The position numbers were made by a program, and so were the translations under genes. A stretch of 31,365 nt of DNA from Bacteroidota bacterium (GTDB lineage: Bacteria > Bacteroidota > Rhodothermia > Rhodothermales > Rubricoccaceae). Where the stretch lies: contig JBCCRG010000001.1 of assembly GCA_039208155.1 (NCBI GenBank), positions 1 through 31,365 on the forward strand, given 5' to 3'. Shown piece by piece: positions 28,930-31,365 of the stretch. Each line of letters begins with the position of its first letter. Positions within the stretch are counted from its first letter, which is position 1. Below the pieces are notes generated by a model. That model was not told the origin of the DNA. It did not search any database and was given only the letters and a program-made list of their open reading frames with translations.

Positions 28930-29850
28930 ATGGCCCTACGACTCATCGAAATTATCGGGGCGGACCCGCTGCCCGACGGCCTCCCGGAGACGCTGCGCGA
29001 CGACAAGGCCGAGCGTACCGACGGCACCGTCGTACATCGGCTCCTCGTGCGTAGCGACCAGGTCGAGCCGATGCTCAACGCGCTGGAAGACGCCGAGGTC
29101 TATGTGCTGAGCGTCGAGGCGGTGCTGCCGCCCGTGGAGGACGACCTCGATCCGGAGCCGGAAGAGAAGGCCCCAGGATTGCGCTGGTTCGGCGAGGTCA
29201 GCCTGAGCGAGATCTCGGAGCGTGCTCGCGACGCGGCGGTACGTAGCGGACTCGACCTCGCGCTCGTGGCCTCGTCGTCCGTGCTCGCTTCAGCAGGGAT
29301 GCTCCAGGGGAATTAGGCCGTCGTTGTGGGCGGCATGGTGATCGCGCCCATCATCGGTCCGCTCTTGGCCGTGACGTTCGGGCTCACTATCGTGCGGATG
29401 CGGCTCGTCGGGACCGCACTCTGGACCTCGGCGCAGGGGTTTGCCACCGCTCTCGTCCCGGCAGTCCTACTCGGCTTGCTCATCGACGTGGACCTGGAGG
29501 CGGAACTGCTGGCGCTGCGCACGCAGGTGACGTGGTGGGACCTGGGCGTCGGGCTGGCCGCGGGGATCGCGGGAGCGGTCTCGTTCGCGCAGGACGCCCG
29601 CACGGCGATGGTCGGCGTGATGGTGGCCGTCGCACTCGTGCCACCCGTGGCCGCGATGGGGCTCTGCCTCGGCGAGGGGGCTTGGTCGGAGGCACTCAGG
29701 GCCTTGGGGCTGGCCGGGATCAACGTCGGGACGATCCTCGCGGCAGGGGTCGTGACCTTCCTCGTGCTCGGCGTGCGGCCCGCCTCTGAGGATGAAGGCT
29801 GCGAAGCAGAGTCGGACGAGGCGACCGTAGCCCAGGCCGAGGCCGCTTGA
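28930..29850 (+). pseudogene. TIGR00341/DUF389 membrane protein interrupted by an in-frame TAG
   Basis: GMLQGN-[TAG 29314-29316]-AVVVGGMVIAPIIGP continues in the same frame; later GVMVAVALVPP and INVGTI. Confidence 0.75.
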
Positions 29851-29862
29851 GCGAGACGGCTG

Positions 29863-31365
29863 CTACGCCGCACCTTTGAGCGACTTCTCCAGCGCGGCGA
29901 TCTCGTCGCGGAGCTCGGCGGCGCGCTCGAACTCCAGCCGCTCCGAGGCTTCCTCCATCTCGCGGGAGAGCTGCGCCACGAGGTCACGCTTCTGGTCGTC
30001 GGTGAGGTACTGCATCACCGGGTCGGCCACCTTCGGCAATTGCTCCGGGCCGCTGTAGAAGCTGGACGGGCCTTCCTCTTCGGCCTTGTGATCGGCGATG
30101 GCCGTCCCGCGCTTGATCTGGTCAGCGGACTTCGTGACGGTCATCGGCGTGATGCCGTGCTCCTCGTTGTAGGCCTCCTGGAGTTCGCGACGGCGCTCCG
30201 TCTCGTCCATCATGCGCTGCATCGAGTCGGTGACGCGGTTGGCGTACATGATGACTTTCCCGCCCGCGTTGCGCGCCGCGCGACCCGCCGTCTGGATGAG
30301 CGACCGCTCAGAGCGGAGGAAGCCTTCCTTGTCCGCGTCGATGATGGCGACGAGGGAGACTTCGGGGAGGTCGAGGCCCTCGCGGAGTAGGTTCACGCCG
30401 ACGAGTACGTCGAACTCGCCCAGCCTGAGGTCGCGGAGGATGTCGACGCGTTGGAGCGCGTCGATCTCGGAGTGGAGCCAGCGCACGCGGATGCCGAAGG
30501 CGTCGAGGTACTCCGTGAGGTCCTCGCTCATGCGCTTCGTGAGCGTCGTCACGAGCACGCGCTCCTTCCGGCGGACGCGCTGGCGGATCTCCTCCAGCAG
30601 GTCGTCGATCTGGCCGTCCACCGGGCGCACCTCCACGTTCGGGTCGAGGATACCCGTCGGGCGGATGATCTGCTCCACGATCACGCCGTCCGACTGCTCG
30701 ATCTCGTAGTCAGCGGGCGTGGCGCTCACGAAGATCACGTTCTTGTGGAAGCGCTCGAACTCCTCATAGGTGAGCGGTCGGTTGTCGAGGGCCGACGGCA
30801 GCCGGAAGCCGTGCTCGACGAGGTTGAGCTTGCGGGCTCGGTCGCCGTTGTACATCCCGCGCACCTGCGGCACGGTGACGTGGCTCTCGTCCATGACGAG
30901 CAGGAAGTCCTCGGGGAAGTAGTCAAGGAGGCAGCTCGGCCGGGTGCCGGGCGCACGGCCGTCCATATGGCGGCTGTAGTTCTCGATGCCCGAGCAGTAG
31001 CCGACTTCCTTGATCATCTCTAGGTCGAAGAGCGTCCGCTGCTCCAGCCGCTGCGCCTCCACGAGCTTGTCCTCAACGCGCAGCACTTCGAGCCGCCAGC
31101 GCAGCTCTTCCTCGATAGACTTGATCGCGCGGTCGATCTGGTCCTCGGGCGTGACGAAGTGCTTAGCGGGGTATATCGTGACGATCTCTTCAGGCTCGGC
31201 GAGCTCGGCTCCGGTGAGCGGGTCGATCCGCACGATGCGCTCGATCTCGTCGCCCCAGAAGCTGAAGCGGTAGGCCTGGTCCTCGTAGTAGGCGGGGAAG
31301 AGATCGACCGTGTCGCCGCGCACACGGAAGGCTCCCGGCGCGAATTCGATGTCGTTGCGCTCGTA
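29863..31365 (-). CDS. uvrB: Excinuclease ABC subunit B (5' part outside window)
   Basis: [68 protein letters not shown] and the C-terminal UVR motif [11 protein letters not shown]. Confidence 0.98.
   Translation of the reverse strand, partial: YERNDIEFAPGAFRVRGDTVDLFPAYYEDQAYRFSFWGDEIERIVRIDPLTGAELAEPEEIVTIYPAKHFVTPEDQIDRAIKSIEEELRWRLEVLRVEDKLVEAQRLEQRTLFDLEMIKEVGYCSGIENYSRHMDGRAPGTRPSCLLDYFPEDFLLVMDESHVTVPQVRGMYNGDRARKLNLVEHGFRLPSALDNRPLTYEEFERFHKNVIFVSATPADYEIEQSDGVIVEQIIRPTGILDPNVEVRPVDGQIDDLLEEIRQRVRRKERVLVTTLTKRMSEDLTEYLDAFGIRVRWLHSEIDALQRVDILRDLRLGEFDVLVGVNLLREGLDLPEVSLVAIIDADKEGFLRSERSLIQTAGRAARNAGGKVIMYANRVTDSMQRMMDETERRRELQEAYNEEHGITPMTVTKSADQIKRGTAIADHKAEEEGPSSFYSGPEQLPKVADPVMQYLTDDQKRDLVAQLSREMEEASERLEFERAAELRDEIAALEKSLKGAA

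Overview
GC-rich bacterial chromosomal window, probably Rhodothermota/Bacteroidota-like (inferred from the outer-membrane beta-barrel receptor type and few obvious Shine-Dalgarno sites). The flanks are ordinary. Left: a two-component pair, a GNAT and thiC with a TPP riboswitch. Right: a TonB-type receptor, ECF sigma and probable anti-sigma, gluconokinase, accD, tsaB, an EF-G paralog, a decayed trkH/TIGR00341 pair and partial uvrB. The notable part is a co-oriented + strand block at about 4750-15016. It has a consensus sigma70 promoter with a structured leader and an array of 17 tRNA genes, many non-canonical; two of them carry hairpin insertions in the T-loop. It continues with a conserved-looking hypothetical protein, a divergent TROVE/Ro60-like vWA protein, RtcB, a DIP1984-family protein and a methyltransferase-Tpt1/KptA fusion. 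Within the block are five RNA elements that share one scaffold: 5' CGCGC-CCC(A), a central UACAUAC-like motif and 3' (G/C)ACUU-GCGCG. Each carries a different insert: a lone T-arm, an unpermuted tRNA-Ile body lacking its acceptor stem, a circularly permuted tRNA that keeps an anticodon-like arm, a set of non-tRNA hairpins, and a YrlA-type permuted tRNA mimic with G3-U70. I read this as a Ro/Y-RNA plus tRNA-supply plus RNA-repair system. All RNA structures were folded by eye, and no database search was run.
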